Shown: positions 46,923 to 56,625 of the stretch, one piece after another | Layout of the letters: every line of letters begins with the position of its first letter | How positions within the stretch are numbered: position 1 is the first letter of the stretch | DNA from: an uncultured Anaerolineaceae bacterium | GTDB taxonomy: Bacteria; Chloroflexota; Anaerolineae; Anaerolineales; E44-bin32 | Assembly: GCA_964528155.1 (NCBI GenBank) | Contig: CAZGRL010000006.1 | Location: 26,648 to 90,647 of the forward strand | Direction of reading: 5' to 3' | DNA length: 64,000 bases | The notes under the pieces: generated by a model | What the model saw: only the letters and a program-made list of their open reading frames with translations | Told to the model about the DNA's origin: nothing | Database searches by the model: none | Made by a program: the position numbers and the translations under genes

Positions 46923-49900
46923 CTATCGCTTCCGCCGACGGCGTCTTTTCTTACCGCCTTCCGAGCCATTCCCGCCAGACCGTGCTGCGACGGTCTCCGG
47001 GATTCTGGCGGGTGGGGCGGCCCCGGTCGCCGGGATTGCTTGTGGCGGACGGGCACCGGCTTGTGTTCGGAACAGATTGGATACCACACCCGAGCGGATC
47101 TCGGATGTGAGTTGTTGAAACATGTCAAAAGCGCGACTCTTGTACTGGACCAGGGGGTCACGCTGACCATAGGCTTCCAATCCTATCGACGTGCGCAACG
47201 CCTCCATCTGCGTCAGGTAGTCGATCCAGAGTCGATCCCCCACGGCCAGGATCAAGCCGCGATAGGCCTCCATCAGGAATACGCTTCCCATTGCACGGGC
47301 AAGCCTGGCCCGAGAGTCGCCAGCGAGGGAACCAATCGGTCCTGCTCCTGCGAGGTCGGCGAAATCCTCCTCCCCCAGCTCACGCCGGAGCGCAGCCTGC
47401 AGAGTGGGTTCCAACTGATCCAGGGCAAGGGCACTGTTCCTGGCCAGACCGGCATTCCCCAGGCTGTGCTGCAGGGCCGCTTGTGCACCTCTCAGATGAT
47501 CAAGAACATGCTGACTGAGATCGTCGACTCGCCAATCGGTAAGCAAACCGGCGGCAGCGAATGCATACGACAGGCGCGGCACAACCAGGGTGCGCCTCTG
47601 ATGGGTCTTTCGATCGAAAAACGTACGTTGGCCGTAACTAAGCTGGACGAGAAGCCGTACCTTCAATCGTTCGTTGACCTCGGTACCGTTGGACAAACGG
47701 TCGTCCAGCTCGCGGCCTATCTCCTCCAGCGTTCGGTCTTGGCGTTGGGTCCACGTCGAATCGAGCGCCGCCAGCAATCTCTCAGACGCCGCGTCCCAAT
47801 CGATCGGCGTCTCGAGGGTCGGCTCAAGGCCCAGGCTTTCGCCAATTCTCCGCTCGACTGCCTGCACTATGCCCGCCCAGACGCGAATACCCAGACTGGC
47901 CTCCACGATCTCGGGCACCATGTCACGGAATCGATCCGGATCGTCGCGCACTTGATCGAGCCCGGCCTTGTCGATCTGAAGGCGAAGGCCGGCGTTTTCC
48001 TCGACCGACCTGACCAGAGCCTGAGGGTCAATCGCCGTCTCGTTTGTCTCAGCTTCGAGCAAGGACCCTTCGATCGCAGTCTCTGCCATCTCCACACGCT
48101 GCCGGACTTGATCCTGCAAATGATCAAGAGAGCGGTCGAACTGCTCCTCGGCAGAACGCGCAAGATGCTCCTTCTGTGTCTCAAGGGCCTGTCGTGCGGC
48201 ATCCAGAAGCTGTGCCCGAAGGCTCTCAACATCTGTTGCAGTGACTAGTTCGTCGAGCAGCAACCGGAGCATGAATGAGGGATAGGGTTCTTCACTTTCC
48301 AGATTGAGGGTCGGCTGGGTTTCTTCCAGCCAGGCAAGGAGCTTCCACGGTCCTTCCGGATCCTGCAAGGCCATGCTCACGTGCTTCTCGACGTCGACGC
48401 TCAGCATTTGATCCACGTCGTCGCGAATGTCGTCCTTGGCGAAGACCCTGTTGCGCTGGTTGTAGAAGACTTCGCGCTGTTGATTGAGTACATCGTCGTA
48501 CTCGAGCAGGTGCTTGCGGGTGTCGAAGTTGGCGCCTTCGACTCGCATCTGCGCTTGCTCGATCGTGCGATCCACGATGCTGTGCCCGATCGGGACGGCT
48601 TCGTCGATGCGCAAGCGCTCCATCAAACCGGAAACCTGGCTTCCACCAAACAGCCGCATGAGCTCATCTTCGAGGGAGAGGAAGAATTGCGAGGAGCCAG
48701 GATCGCCCTGCCGCGCAGAACGACCACGCAGCTGATTGTCGATCCGCCTCGATTCATGCCGCTCGGAGCCGATCACGTGCAGCCCTCCGGCCTCACGGAC
48801 CCGTCTCTCATCGGCGATAAAGCCGCGATACAGCTCCATCTCCGATCCGTAGATACCGATCGCCTGACGGTCCACCTCCGACAGCTTGGCGAGCCGCTCC
48901 TCCATGTTGAGGTATTCGGGTTCAGCGATCCCCGCGCGTCGCAGGACCCGGTTGACCGCCGCCAACACCTCTTCGGCGATCTCACCGCCGAGGCGAATGT
49001 CAACGCCACGTCCGGCCATGTTGGTGGCAATCGTGACGGCTCCGAAAGCCCCGGCGTCAGCAATGATGCGTGATTCTTCGTCGTGCTTCTTCGCATTCAG
49101 AACATTGTGCTTGATCCCCCCTTCGAGAGCCTCTCTCAGCCTTTCTTGCTGCGACGCCTCGAGCTCAAGCACGGCCGTCAGCCGCTCGAGATTTCTGTCC
49201 CGGGCCGGGTTGAGAGATAGATCCAGGTCCCGGGCGAAAGGCCGCAACACTCCCGGGCTCAGATCATCAATCGATTGATACAGCGGCATGAGCTCTTCGA
49301 CGCGCGTACCGTCATCCGCCAGCCCCTCGCGCTCGAGATAGGCATCTCGCAGGAGTAGAACCATCGCCAGGCGCTGGAGCGGTTCGGCGCGCAATCTTCC
49401 CGAGAGACGTTCGGAGAGCTCGACCGATGTCGTCCCGACAAGCAGCGGCTGTCCGAGGACGTGCCTTCGCAGAATCTCCGTCGTCACCGCCCTGAGCTTC
49501 GCTTCTTCGGTACGATAGACCGCGTCGGGGTAATCCTTGCGTTTCCAGAAGATTGGCGTCTGTTCCTCGTCGTCCTCGCGCGCGTAACAGATGAAATGGT
49601 TTCCGTCTTCTCGGAACTCGACTTCGACGAGGTCCGTGTCGGGAGCCAGGGCGATGTATTCAAGATTCGTCGGAAGAGGTGTGACGTCGACGTTGTAGAT
49701 CTTGTTGAACTCTTCGGCTTCGGTGACCGCCGTACCGGTCATGCCGGCGAGCTTGTCGTACATCCTGAAGTAGTTCTGCAGGGTGATCGTGGCGTAGGTG
49801 ACGTTGTCCTGCCGCACACGTACACCCTCTTTCGCCTCGACCGCCTGGTGGAGACCGTCCGACCAGCGCCGCCCTTGCATCAACCGTCCGGTGAACTCGT

Positions 49901-50948
49901 CAACGATGATCACCCGGCCGCCCTGGACGACGTAGTCTTTGTTGCGCTTGAAGAGGAACTCGGCCCTGAGTGCCTGCTCGAGGTATCCCATCAAGCGCGC
50001 CTGTTCCGGCGTGATGTCTTCCGGACGATCGGGATCGCGCAGCGGAGTCGCCAGGAGCTCCTCGATGTGGTTTTCGCCGATCTCGGTCAGTGAAACCATC
50101 CGGTCTCGCTCGCTGATCTCGAAATCTTCGGCCCTCAGGTGTTTGACTACCTGCGCCATTTGCTGATACAGACTGGGGTCTTCCTCGGCCGGACCGGAGA
50201 TGATCAGTGGTGTGCGCGCCTCGTCGATCAGGATGTTGTCGACCTCATCCAGAATCGCGTAGTTGTGACCGCGCTGGACCCGATCTTCCAGGCGGCGCGC
50301 CATGTTGTCACGCAGATAGTCGAAACCGAATTCGTTGTTCGTGCCATAAGTGACGTCGGCCGCGTAGGCCATCCGGCGGTCGACGATCTTCAGCTGGTGG
50401 ACGTCTTCCTGGACGGAGTCGCGCGTTGGGTCGTACAAGAATGCCTTCCGGCCGTTCTCGGTGCGAGCAGCCTCCTGAAGGATACCCACGCTCAGGCCGA
50501 GGAATTCAAAGATAGGACCCATCCAACGGGCGTCACGCCGGGCCAGGTAGTCGTTGACCGTGACAAGATGAACGCCCTTCCCCTCCAGGGCATTCAAGTA
50601 GATCGGCATCGTCGCTACCAGCGTCTTGCCCTCGCCGGTGCGCATCTCGGCGATCATTCCCTGGTGCAACACCACCCCGCCGATGAGCTGAACGTCGAAA
50701 TGGCGCAGCCCGATCGTACGCACGGAGCACTCCCGAACTACGGCGAACGCCTCCGGCAGGATGTCGTCAAGCGTCTCCCCCTCGCCGAGCCGCTGCCGAA
50801 ACTCGTCCGTCTTGGCGCGCAGTTGCTCATCACTCAGCGCGTGCATGGCCGGCTCGAGCTCGTTGATCGCTTCGACAAAAGGTTGATAGCGCTCGATTTC
50901 ACGGCGGACGGGATCGCCGCCGATGATTCGTGTCAGCGTCTTGAACAT
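46923..50948 (-). CDS. secA: Preprotein translocase ATPase SecA, unusually long (1341 aa)
   Basis: [59 protein letters not shown] and [13 protein letters not shown]...[18 protein letters not shown] lies before ATG 50948. Confidence 0.92.
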   Translation of the reverse strand: MFKTLTRIIGGDPVRREIERYQPFVEAINELEPAMHALSDEQLRAKTDEFRQRLGEGETLDDILPEAFAVVRECSVRTIGLRHFDVQLIGGVVLHQGMIAEMRTGEGKTLVATMPIYLNALEGKGVHLVTVNDYLARRDARWMGPIFEFLGLSVGILQEAARTENGRKAFLYDPTRDSVQEDVHQLKIVDRRMAYAADVTYGTNNEFGFDYLRDNMARRLEDRVQRGHNYAILDEVDNILIDEARTPLIISGPAEEDPSLYQQMAQVVKHLRAEDFEISERDRMVSLTEIGENHIEELLATPLRDPDRPEDITPEQARLMGYLEQALRAEFLFKRNKDYVVQGGRVIIVDEFTGRLMQGRRWSDGLHQAVEAKEGVRVRQDNVTYATITLQNYFRMYDKLAGMTGTAVTEAEEFNKIYNVDVTPLPTNLEYIALAPDTDLVEVEFREDGNHFICYAREDDEEQTPIFWKRKDYPDAVYRTEEAKLRAVTTEILRRHVLGQPLLVGTTSVELSERLSGRLRAEPLQRLAMVLLLRDAYLEREGLADDGTRVEELMPLYQSIDDLSPGVLRPFARDLDLSLNPARDRNLERLTAVLELEASQQERLREALEGGIKHNVLNAKKHDEESRIIADAGAFGAVTIATNMAGRGVDIRLGGEIAEEVLAAVNRVLRRAGIAEPEYLNMEERLAKLSEVDRQAIGIYGSEMELYRGFIADERRVREAGGLHVIGSERHESRRIDNQLRGRSARQGDPGSSQFFLSLEDELMRLFGGSQVSGLMERLRIDEAVPIGHSIVDRTIEQAQMRVEGANFDTRKHLLEYDDVLNQQREVFYNQRNRVFAKDDIRDDVDQMLSVDVEKHVSMALQDPEGPWKLLAWLEETQPTLNLESEEPYPSFMLRLLLDELVTATDVESLRAQLLDAARQALETQKEHLARSAEEQFDRSLDHLQDQVRQRVEMAETAIEGSLLEAETNETAIDPQALVRSVEENAGLRLQIDKAGLDQVRDDPDRFRDMVPEIVEASLGIRVWAGIVQAVERRIGESLGLEPTLETPIDWDAASERLLAALDSTWTQRQDRTLEEIGRELDDRLSNGTEVNERLKVRLLVQLSYGQRTFFDRKTHQRRTLVVPRLSYAFAAAGLLTDWRVDDLSQHVLDHLRGAQAALQHSLGNAGLARNSALALDQLEPTLQAALRRELGEEDFADLAGAGPIGSLAGDSRARLARAMGSVFLMEAYRGLILAVGDRLWIDYLTQMEALRTSIGLEAYGQRDPLVQYKSRAFDMFQQLTSEIRSGVVSNLFRTQAGARPPQAIPATGAAPPARIPETVAARSGGNGSEGGKKRRRRRKR

Positions 50949-51032
50949 TGAATTGGATCCTTCCAGGCGGGATTATAGCACAGGCGTTTTTACGTCCGAT
51001 TCTTGCGCGATGTTGAGTGAATCCTCCGTAGT

Positions 51033-51093
51033 GCCTGGTGGATTTGGGCATGTTGGGCGTCTCCGCCGCCCAACATGCCCAAATCCACCAGGC
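51033..51093. repeat. Perfect 26/27-bp-stem palindrome (hairpin B)
   Basis: CCTGGTGGATTTGGGCATGTTGGGCG tctccgc CGCCCAACATGCCCAAATCCACCAGG, located between the divergent secA start and tRNA-Leu. Confidence 0.9.
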
Positions 51094-51171
51094 TTGCTCC
51101 GCGGCGTGCAACATACACCCGTGACGTCATTCGGCTTGACGGGTATACCGCCCGATATACAATAGCCACGA

Positions 51172-51255
51172 GGGGCGGTGGCGGAATGGGCAGACGCCGG
51201 GGACTTAAAATCCTCTGAGGGTGACCTCGTGTGGGTTCGACTCCCACCCGCCCCA
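51172..51255 (+). tRNA. tRNA-Leu (anticodon UAA), type II, no encoded CCA
   Basis: Acceptor GGGGCGG/CCGCCCC, anticodon loop CTTAAAA, long variable arm GAGG-gtga-CCTC, T-arm GTGGG-TTCGACT-CCCAC, discriminator A followed by CTA. Confidence 0.85.
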
Positions 51256-51339
51256 CTACGGGGCTCTTACACCTCACGCTCGCCGGGCTCCGGCTTGAAC
51301 CTTGCAACGCCGTCAGCTTGAGTAGGATCGGAGGCCGGA

Positions 51340-52266
51340 ATGCCAAACCGCCTTACCCTGATCGCCCTGAGCCTAGCAGCCGGGTTGGTCGGTGCATGCA
51401 CATTGCCCGGGGCAGCTTCGCCGACACCGTTCACTTTCCCCACTCCGAATCTCACGCTGACCGCGGTCTTCGCCGCGGTAGCCACATCGGCGCCCCCGGT
51501 CCAAGCCACATCGACGCCGGTCCCACCCACTGCTACACAGACTCCGTCCGCGATCCCTCAGGATGAAACACCCGAAGCGACCGGTGCCGCCACATCGGCC
51601 GCTTCGTCCGGGAGCCGACCCAACGGAACGCTGGTGACAGCGGCTTTCCTGACCACCCCGCCAACCATCGACGGATCATTGTCCGACTGGAACACAACGG
51701 CCTATACAGCGAATTACGTCGTCTTCGGATCTCGATCCGGAACGAACGACCTTTCGACTACGTACCACATCGGCTGGGATCTGACGTATCTGTATCTCGG
51801 TGTCCAAGTGACGGACGACAAGTTCGTACAGATTTCGCAGGGGCGCTCGCTCTATAAGGGGGACGAGGTCGAGATTCAGTTGGATGCAGCGCTCGATGCG
51901 GATTTCTCGTCGACCACCCTGAGCGCCGACGATTACCAGATTGGATTGTCTCCCGGAGATTTCGACTCGAATGATCCGGAGGCCTATCGCTGGTATCCGT
52001 CGAGCAAGGCCGGCTCCCTGACCAATATCCTGCTGAAGTCGGCATCGACGGCGTCGGGGTACAACCTCGAGGCTCGCATCCCGTGGTCGGTCTTCGGCAC
52101 GCTTCCAAAGAGCGGCAACCACTACGGGTTCGCCCTTTCTGTATCCGATGACGACCAGGCCGGCGAGGCGGTGCAAGAGAGCTTGATCTCGAGCGTAAGC
52201 ACGCGCAAACTACTCAACCCAACAACCTGGGGTACGCTCGAGCTTGAGCCAAGCGGTGGGAGTTGA
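51340..52266 (+). CDS. Secreted lipoprotein with a CBM9/DOMON-like carbohydrate-binding domain
   Basis: Lipobox LAAGLVGAC, T/P-rich linker, then IDGSLSDWN...WDLTYLYLGVQVTDD...GDEVEIQLD...NLEARIPWSVFG. The family call is from memory. Confidence 0.55.
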   Translation: MPNRLTLIALSLAAGLVGACTLPGAASPTPFTFPTPNLTLTAVFAAVATSAPPVQATSTPVPPTATQTPSAIPQDETPEATGAATSAASSGSRPNGTLVTAAFLTTPPTIDGSLSDWNTTAYTANYVVFGSRSGTNDLSTTYHIGWDLTYLYLGVQVTDDKFVQISQGRSLYKGDEVEIQLDAALDADFSSTTLSADDYQIGLSPGDFDSNDPEAYRWYPSSKAGSLTNILLKSASTASGYNLEARIPWSVFGTLPKSGNHYGFALSVSDDDQAGEAVQESLISSVSTRKLLNPTTWGTLELEPSGGS

Positions 52267-52284
52267 GCCTCACCCGGAGGCCGC

Positions 52285-52920
52285 ATGACAGGGCCGACCC
52301 CGTCGTTCCCCACCGGCGGCTTCCGACGGGAGCTCACCCCCGACCAGAGGACAATCATCGACAGCCTGAGCGATCCGTGGTCGCTCCAGGCATTCATCGC
52401 CGATGAGCTCGACTACAACTTCGAGCTCGACGGGCCCACAGCCTACGGCCCGATCGAGGTCTTGAAAAGAAGGACCGCCCATTGCTTCGAGGGGGCGGTC
52501 TTCGCTGCAGCGGCCCTGAGGTATCACGGTTATCCCCCTACCCTCGTCCTGCTCGAAGCACCGGATGATTTCGATCACAACTTGATCGTCTTCCAAGAGA
52601 ACGACAAGGTCGGTTCAGTCTCTCAATCGCGCCATCGCGAACTCCTCGGCAAACCGCCGATGTTCGACAACTTGCGCGATCTCGTCATGTCCTACTACCC
52701 AGATTACTACAGCGATTAGACCGGAAACCGCGACGAACTCACCCTGCGCGGGTTCTCCGATCCGATCGACTTGCGCAGATTTCGGTCAGATTGGGTGTTT
52801 GCCGATGAGGTATGGTCGATCTACCGGGAGTTCGTCGTCGGGGTGGGATTTGAGAAGCTGTTCCCCGAGTCCGAGGGTGGTCGCTACTACGAGTACCCTG
52901 AGGAACACATCCACGAGTGA
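52285..52920 (+). pseudogene. Hypothetical protein (Cys/His papain- or transglutaminase-like motif) interrupted by an in-frame TAG at 52717
   Basis: The track ORF ends at TAG 52717..52719. The same frame continues for 66 sense codons with no further stop (TGNRDELTLRGFSDPIDLRRFRSDWVFADEVWSIYREFVVGVGFEKLFPESEGGRYYEYPEEHIHE) to TGA 52918..52920, 32 nt before a strong hairpin. Confidence 0.6.
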
Positions 52921-52951
52921 GCCGCTAGTGCTCCGTCCAAGAGAATTCACT

Positions 52952-52996
52952 GGGTTATTAGGGTCGGGTTGCTGCGCAACCCGACCCTAATAACCC
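52952..52996. terminator. Perfect 21-bp-stem triloop palindrome between convergent genes (hairpin C)
   Basis: GGGTTATTAGGGTCGGGTTGC tgc GCAACCCGACCCTAATAACCC. Confidence 0.7.
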
Positions 52997-53026
52997 ATCA
53001 ATCCTTGTTGGACAGAGTACTAGGTG

Positions 53027-53866
53027 TCAGAAGAGCACCGAGGCCAACTCGTCGCGGTACTCACGCGTAAGCGGATCGTCTTCTCCCAACAAGGCGAAGA
53101 TCCCAAGAAGGACCTTCCGGGGAAGGCCGTTCTGGTAATTCTTGTCCTGGCGCAGAATGTCAATCAGACCATCCATCGCGCCGGGCAAATTCCCACGGGC
53201 GATCAGACGGCCAGCTTGATGCAAACTGGCCTGTAGCGGGGAAGCCTCATCCTCTCCCACATCGGCCGATTCCGCATCCGCCAGGAAGGCCGCCAGCGGG
53301 CGCAGCTCCTCGGCCGTAGCCCACTCGGTGCTCGGCGGGAAATCGCCCAAGATCTCGAGCGCTTCGCCTCCCTTGCCTTGCATCAACAAAGCCTGCACCA
53401 GCCCCAAGGCAGCCGGGGCATTCGTCTCGTCCTCTTGCCTGACCGCCCTGAAACTCTCTTCCGCCTCGCGCCAATGGCGGGTGGCCAGCAGGCTGCGCGC
53501 CTCGGCCACCGCCTGCTCGGCCGGGTTCGGCACCAGGCGCTCGATGAAACGGCGGACCGCAGCTTCAGGCTGGGCACCCACGAATTCACCCTGGACCTCG
53601 CCGGCGATGAAGGCCTTCACGGCAGGGATGCCCCGGACACCATAGCGAATGGAAAGGTTGGGGCTTTCATCCACGTTGAGTTTGGCTAGGCGGAAGGCGC
53701 CTCCAGCCTCGATCGTCAGCCGTTCGAGCAGCGGTCCGAGAACCCGGCAAGGGCCACACCACGGAGCCCAGAAGTCCACTACGACGGGGACCTCGTGCGA
53801 GCGTTCCAGGACTTCCACCTGGAAGCTGGCCTCATCGACGTTCACGATATGTTCAGAAAGATCCAC
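53027..53866 (-). CDS. Thioredoxin-domain + TPR protein (YbbN/CnoX-like)
   Basis: VVVDFWAPWCGPCRVLGP, followed by a TPR-like helical C-terminal half. Confidence 0.85.
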   Translation of the reverse strand: MDLSEHIVNVDEASFQVEVLERSHEVPVVVDFWAPWCGPCRVLGPLLERLTIEAGGAFRLAKLNVDESPNLSIRYGVRGIPAVKAFIAGEVQGEFVGAQPEAAVRRFIERLVPNPAEQAVAEARSLLATRHWREAEESFRAVRQEDETNAPAALGLVQALLMQGKGGEALEILGDFPPSTEWATAEELRPLAAFLADAESADVGEDEASPLQASLHQAGRLIARGNLPGAMDGLIDILRQDKNYQNGLPRKVLLGIFALLGEDDPLTREYRDELASVLF

Positions 53867-53970
53867 TGCGACTCCTCAGACCAAGCCTATCGTGAAGCAT
53901 AAACCCACAAGGTTAGACGATCGTATGCGGACTGGCGGGAAGCCCGCGAGGCCGACCCACCCTGTTCTCT

Positions 53971-54393
53971 CTACTCGGGGGGTTCCTCCGGACCGCTCGG
54001 CTGTTCGACGCGCACGACATCCCCATGCACGTTCACCACGACCTGGAATCCGAGCATCCCTAGCCAGGCCCGTCCCTCCTCGGGCAACCCGGCCGTGATC
54101 AGTCGATCAAACTGGGCATCCAGATCTCGCAAGGAGGATTCGATCATGGCCTTGGTGAAAATGTCCTCCTGCCCGATCATTTTCATTGTGCCCTGGCTGA
54201 TCAGGTCTTCATGACCCTGGATCAGTTCGCGCATCTGCTCCAGCACCTGGCGGTCAACCTTCTCACTCTCAACGTGTCGAAGGAAGCCGTCGTCGTTGAT
54301 GACATAGAAGGCTTCGTCCCCGATCTGTGTCACCTCGACCGGTGCTCCGACCTCGTCGATCACCAATCCACCAAACAGCGCTCGTTGTGCCAT
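53971..54393 (-). CDS. Hypothetical protein (140 aa)
   Basis: Clean ORF between flanking genes on the same strand. I recognise no family. Confidence 0.45.
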   Translation of the reverse strand: MAQRALFGGLVIDEVGAPVEVTQIGDEAFYVINDDGFLRHVESEKVDRQVLEQMRELIQGHEDLISQGTMKMIGQEDIFTKAMIESSLRDLDAQFDRLITAGLPEEGRAWLGMLGFQVVVNVHGDVVRVEQPSGPEEPPE

Positions 54394-54486
54394 ACCACGA
54401 TGATACCAGGGGTTTGTGATCTGAGTCAGGACAGCGACACCCCGGGTTGTATTCGGCGGTGTGTTGCACGCCGCGGAACAGACCTG

Positions 54487-54537
54487 GTGAAATTGGGACT
54501 ATTGGGCGGCGGAGCCGCCCAATAGTCCCAATTTCAC
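54487..54537. repeat. Perfect 24-bp-stem triloop palindrome (hairpin D), in terminator position after the L,D-transpeptidase gene
   Basis: GTGAAATTGGGACTATTGGGCGGC gga GCCGCCCAATAGTCCCAATTTCAC. It is preceded by CCTG, as in hairpin B. Confidence 0.9.
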
Positions 54538-54590
54538 TTATCGTCCCCGATCAGTGCAACAGAGTGACGCGCGGATTGGAGACGAGATCC

Positions 54591-55601
54591 TCAGGGATGG
54601 ACGTTTACGAGGGTTCCGACAGAGGCGAAGCCGAACAACCATTCGGCGTCGGGCGTGGCCAGGTTGACGCATCCGTGACTCATAGGGTGCCCGAAGTTGT
54701 TGTGCCAGTACGTGCCGTGAAGCGCGAATCCTTTATAGTAGTACATCGTGTACGGGACGCCGGGCAGATAGTAACCCGGGCCGGCCATTGGAGTCGCCCG
54801 CAGTTTCACGTAAATGCGAAATTGGCCGGTCACCGTCGGGTGGGCAGCCACGCCGGTCGACACGATGAACGTGCGGATCGGATCGGCACCTTCGTAGGCG
54901 ACGACCTTTTGCTCGCTCAGATCGACGTCGATCCACCGACCCTCATCCGCCAAATCGGCGGGGTTCTCCGTGTAATCCCACGAGACGTTCGGACGCGGGG
55001 TCGGCGTTTCCGTCGGCGTTGGGGTTTCGGTCGGGGTCGGCGTCAGCGTCGGGGTGAGTGTGGGCGTATTGGTCGGAGTCGGCGTCGGTGTAAATGTCGG
55101 GGTCGGCGTCGAACTGGCCTTCTCCACCTGGGCCGGCCCAGCCTGCGGCTGCTTGGCGTCTGCGGGCTGACCGCCGAACCACAAGCCGAGACCGACCACA
55201 AGTGCCAGCGCCGGGAGCATGGCCTGAGGCGAGAAAAGCCTCCGAACGGTCAGCGCTTCAAGGGGTGCGATCTGGTAGTTGAGACCTGCGGGAAGTCGTG
55301 CCTGCCGCGCCGCGGCCTGGCGATTCTGGCGAGGGATGCGCCTCATGCACCAATCGACTGCCTTGCGCGCGGGGGCGCTCTGAGGATTGATCTCCAGGGC
55401 ACGGACGGCATACGCCAGCCCGGCTTCGGCATCCTCGGCCGAGGCGGCCATGCACAGCCAGGCAGCCTCCGAATCGGGAGCCAGCGCCACCGCCCGCCGG
55501 GCGATCCGCCTCGCCCGGGCGCGATCGCCCTGGCCGAGGGCCGCCTTGCAGGCCTGGAGCATTTCACCGAGTGCCTCGAGCGAAAGTCCGTCTCGCGTCA
55601 T
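54591..55601 (-). CDS. L,D-transpeptidase (YkuD domain) with TPR-like N-terminus and a Thr/Pro repeat linker
   Basis: Catalytic [24 protein letters not shown] and the linker [38 protein letters not shown]. Confidence 0.88.
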   Translation of the reverse strand: MTRDGLSLEALGEMLQACKAALGQGDRARARRIARRAVALAPDSEAAWLCMAASAEDAEAGLAYAVRALEINPQSAPARKAVDWCMRRIPRQNRQAAARQARLPAGLNYQIAPLEALTVRRLFSPQAMLPALALVVGLGLWFGGQPADAKQPQAGPAQVEKASSTPTPTFTPTPTPTNTPTLTPTLTPTPTETPTPTETPTPRPNVSWDYTENPADLADEGRWIDVDLSEQKVVAYEGADPIRTFIVSTGVAAHPTVTGQFRIYVKLRATPMAGPGYYLPGVPYTMYYYKGFALHGTYWHNNFGHPMSHGCVNLATPDAEWLFGFASVGTLVNVHP

Positions 55602-56416
55602 GGCCCTTCCGGCTCGCCCGGCAACGTGGCCGGCTCATTGTTGATGTAGCACAGGATCCCTTCGGCGATGCCTCTCGCCGCACGGTCAGGATGTGATGTC
55701 AGGAAGTCCCGGTCCAGGTAGAGAAAACCGGTCTCGATGATCGCCGCCGGTGTCTGGTTGTGAATCTCGTAGAACGAGTGATATTCGGTCATATCCCGGG
55801 TGATGCTTCCCGGGCGAAAGGGGAGGTCCGTCGCCTGCGCGTAACGATCTGCCAGACATGCGACCAGACGCTGGGCACGGTCGGGGACGGATGTGTCGAG
55901 GGCAGCAGCGACCTTGAAGCCGGTTGCCTGGTCATTGATCGGAACACAAGCGTCGGCGTGGATTGAAACAAGCGCCACCGCCCGGTATCCGGGCAGACGC
56001 GGATCGAACTCCTCGAGCAGGTCAGCTTCGATCCCGGCCGCCTGCAGTCCGCTGACAACAAGGTCAGCAATGGCACTGTTGACCTGGAGCTCAGTCAGTC
56101 CGTCCGGACAGACCGAGCCCGGGTCGGGAAGGCCCGTTTCCCGGTTTGGCCCAGAATGACCTGCCACAATCCCCACCTTCAGGCGCTGGTCGGCTTCGGC
56201 TCCGCTGCTGACGGCCGTTGACTGCGATCCCGCTCCGGCACGATCGGCGGCCGCGGCCAACTGCTCGACCAACTCCCCCGGCCTCAGGCTGGCTGGCGTC
56301 CAGGCTGTGAAGACCGTCGCCAGAACAGCCGCAACCCCCACACAAACAGCCAATGGACGCAGCACCTGGCGTACGCCAGGTGTTGATCCAAGATCCTCTT
56401 GAGCCTTGTTGGACAT
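55598..56416 (-). CDS. N-acetylmuramoyl-L-alanine amidase (Amidase_3)
   Basis: TM anchor, [18 protein letters not shown] and ETGFL. The downstream ldt start overlaps this gene's stop (ATGA). An extended -10 (TGCTATAAT) lies on the minus strand at 56446..56454. Confidence 0.85.
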   Translation of the reverse strand: MSNKAQEDLGSTPGVRQVLRPLAVCVGVAAVLATVFTAWTPASLRPGELVEQLAAAADRAGAGSQSTAVSSGAEADQRLKVGIVAGHSGPNRETGLPDPGSVCPDGLTELQVNSAIADLVVSGLQAAGIEADLLEEFDPRLPGYRAVALVSIHADACVPINDQATGFKVAAALDTSVPDRAQRLVACLADRYAQATDLPFRPGSITRDMTEYHSFYEIHNQTPAAIIETGFLYLDRDFLTSHPDRAARGIAEGILCYINNEPATLPGEPEGP

Positions 56417-56591
56417 GGTCCAACAGATCGTACCCTTAGGCTTTGATTATAGCAATATGCCGTTGGCTCAGGCACAGGACGGGGGTAACCCCCTGAGTGA
56501 GTGCCGCCGGACCCCAATGCCCGGGGTCAGTAGGTGGATCTGCTCCGCGTCAGGCGAGATGCCGGCGGGTTCCCCCGAACGAACCTGACTC

Positions 56592-56619
56592 TTGACAAGC
56601 CTGCTCACTCGCATATAAT
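56592..56619 (+). promoter_or_regulatory. Near-consensus sigma70 promoter (TTGACA-16-TATAAT)
   Basis: TTGACA 56592..56597 and TATAAT 56614..56619, inside an AT-rich island unusual for this window. Confidence 0.65.
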
Positions 56620-56625
56620 ATTGAT

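Noticed and set aside
52799-52990. Track ORF of 63 aa after the interrupted gene.
   Set aside because: It is in a different frame from the protein-like continuation of 52285..52719, its translation is Ser/Thr/Arg-rich, and it runs through the terminator hairpin.
54990-55110. Tandem GTCGG(G/C)GT-like DNA repeats that looked like a possible VNTR or CRISPR-like array.
   Set aside because: They are the antisense of the in-frame Thr-Pro linker (TPTPT...) of the L,D-transpeptidase. They show no spacer/repeat organisation.
56417-56591. GGGGGAACC and CCCGAA strings upstream of the amidase gene that recalled the ydaO (c-di-AMP) riboswitch found before cell-wall hydrolase genes.
   Set aside because: The extended -10 promoter (TGCTATAAT) sits about 30 nt from the amidase ATG, so these strings would not be in the mRNA. 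No convincing ydaO pseudo-symmetric architecture could be traced by eye.
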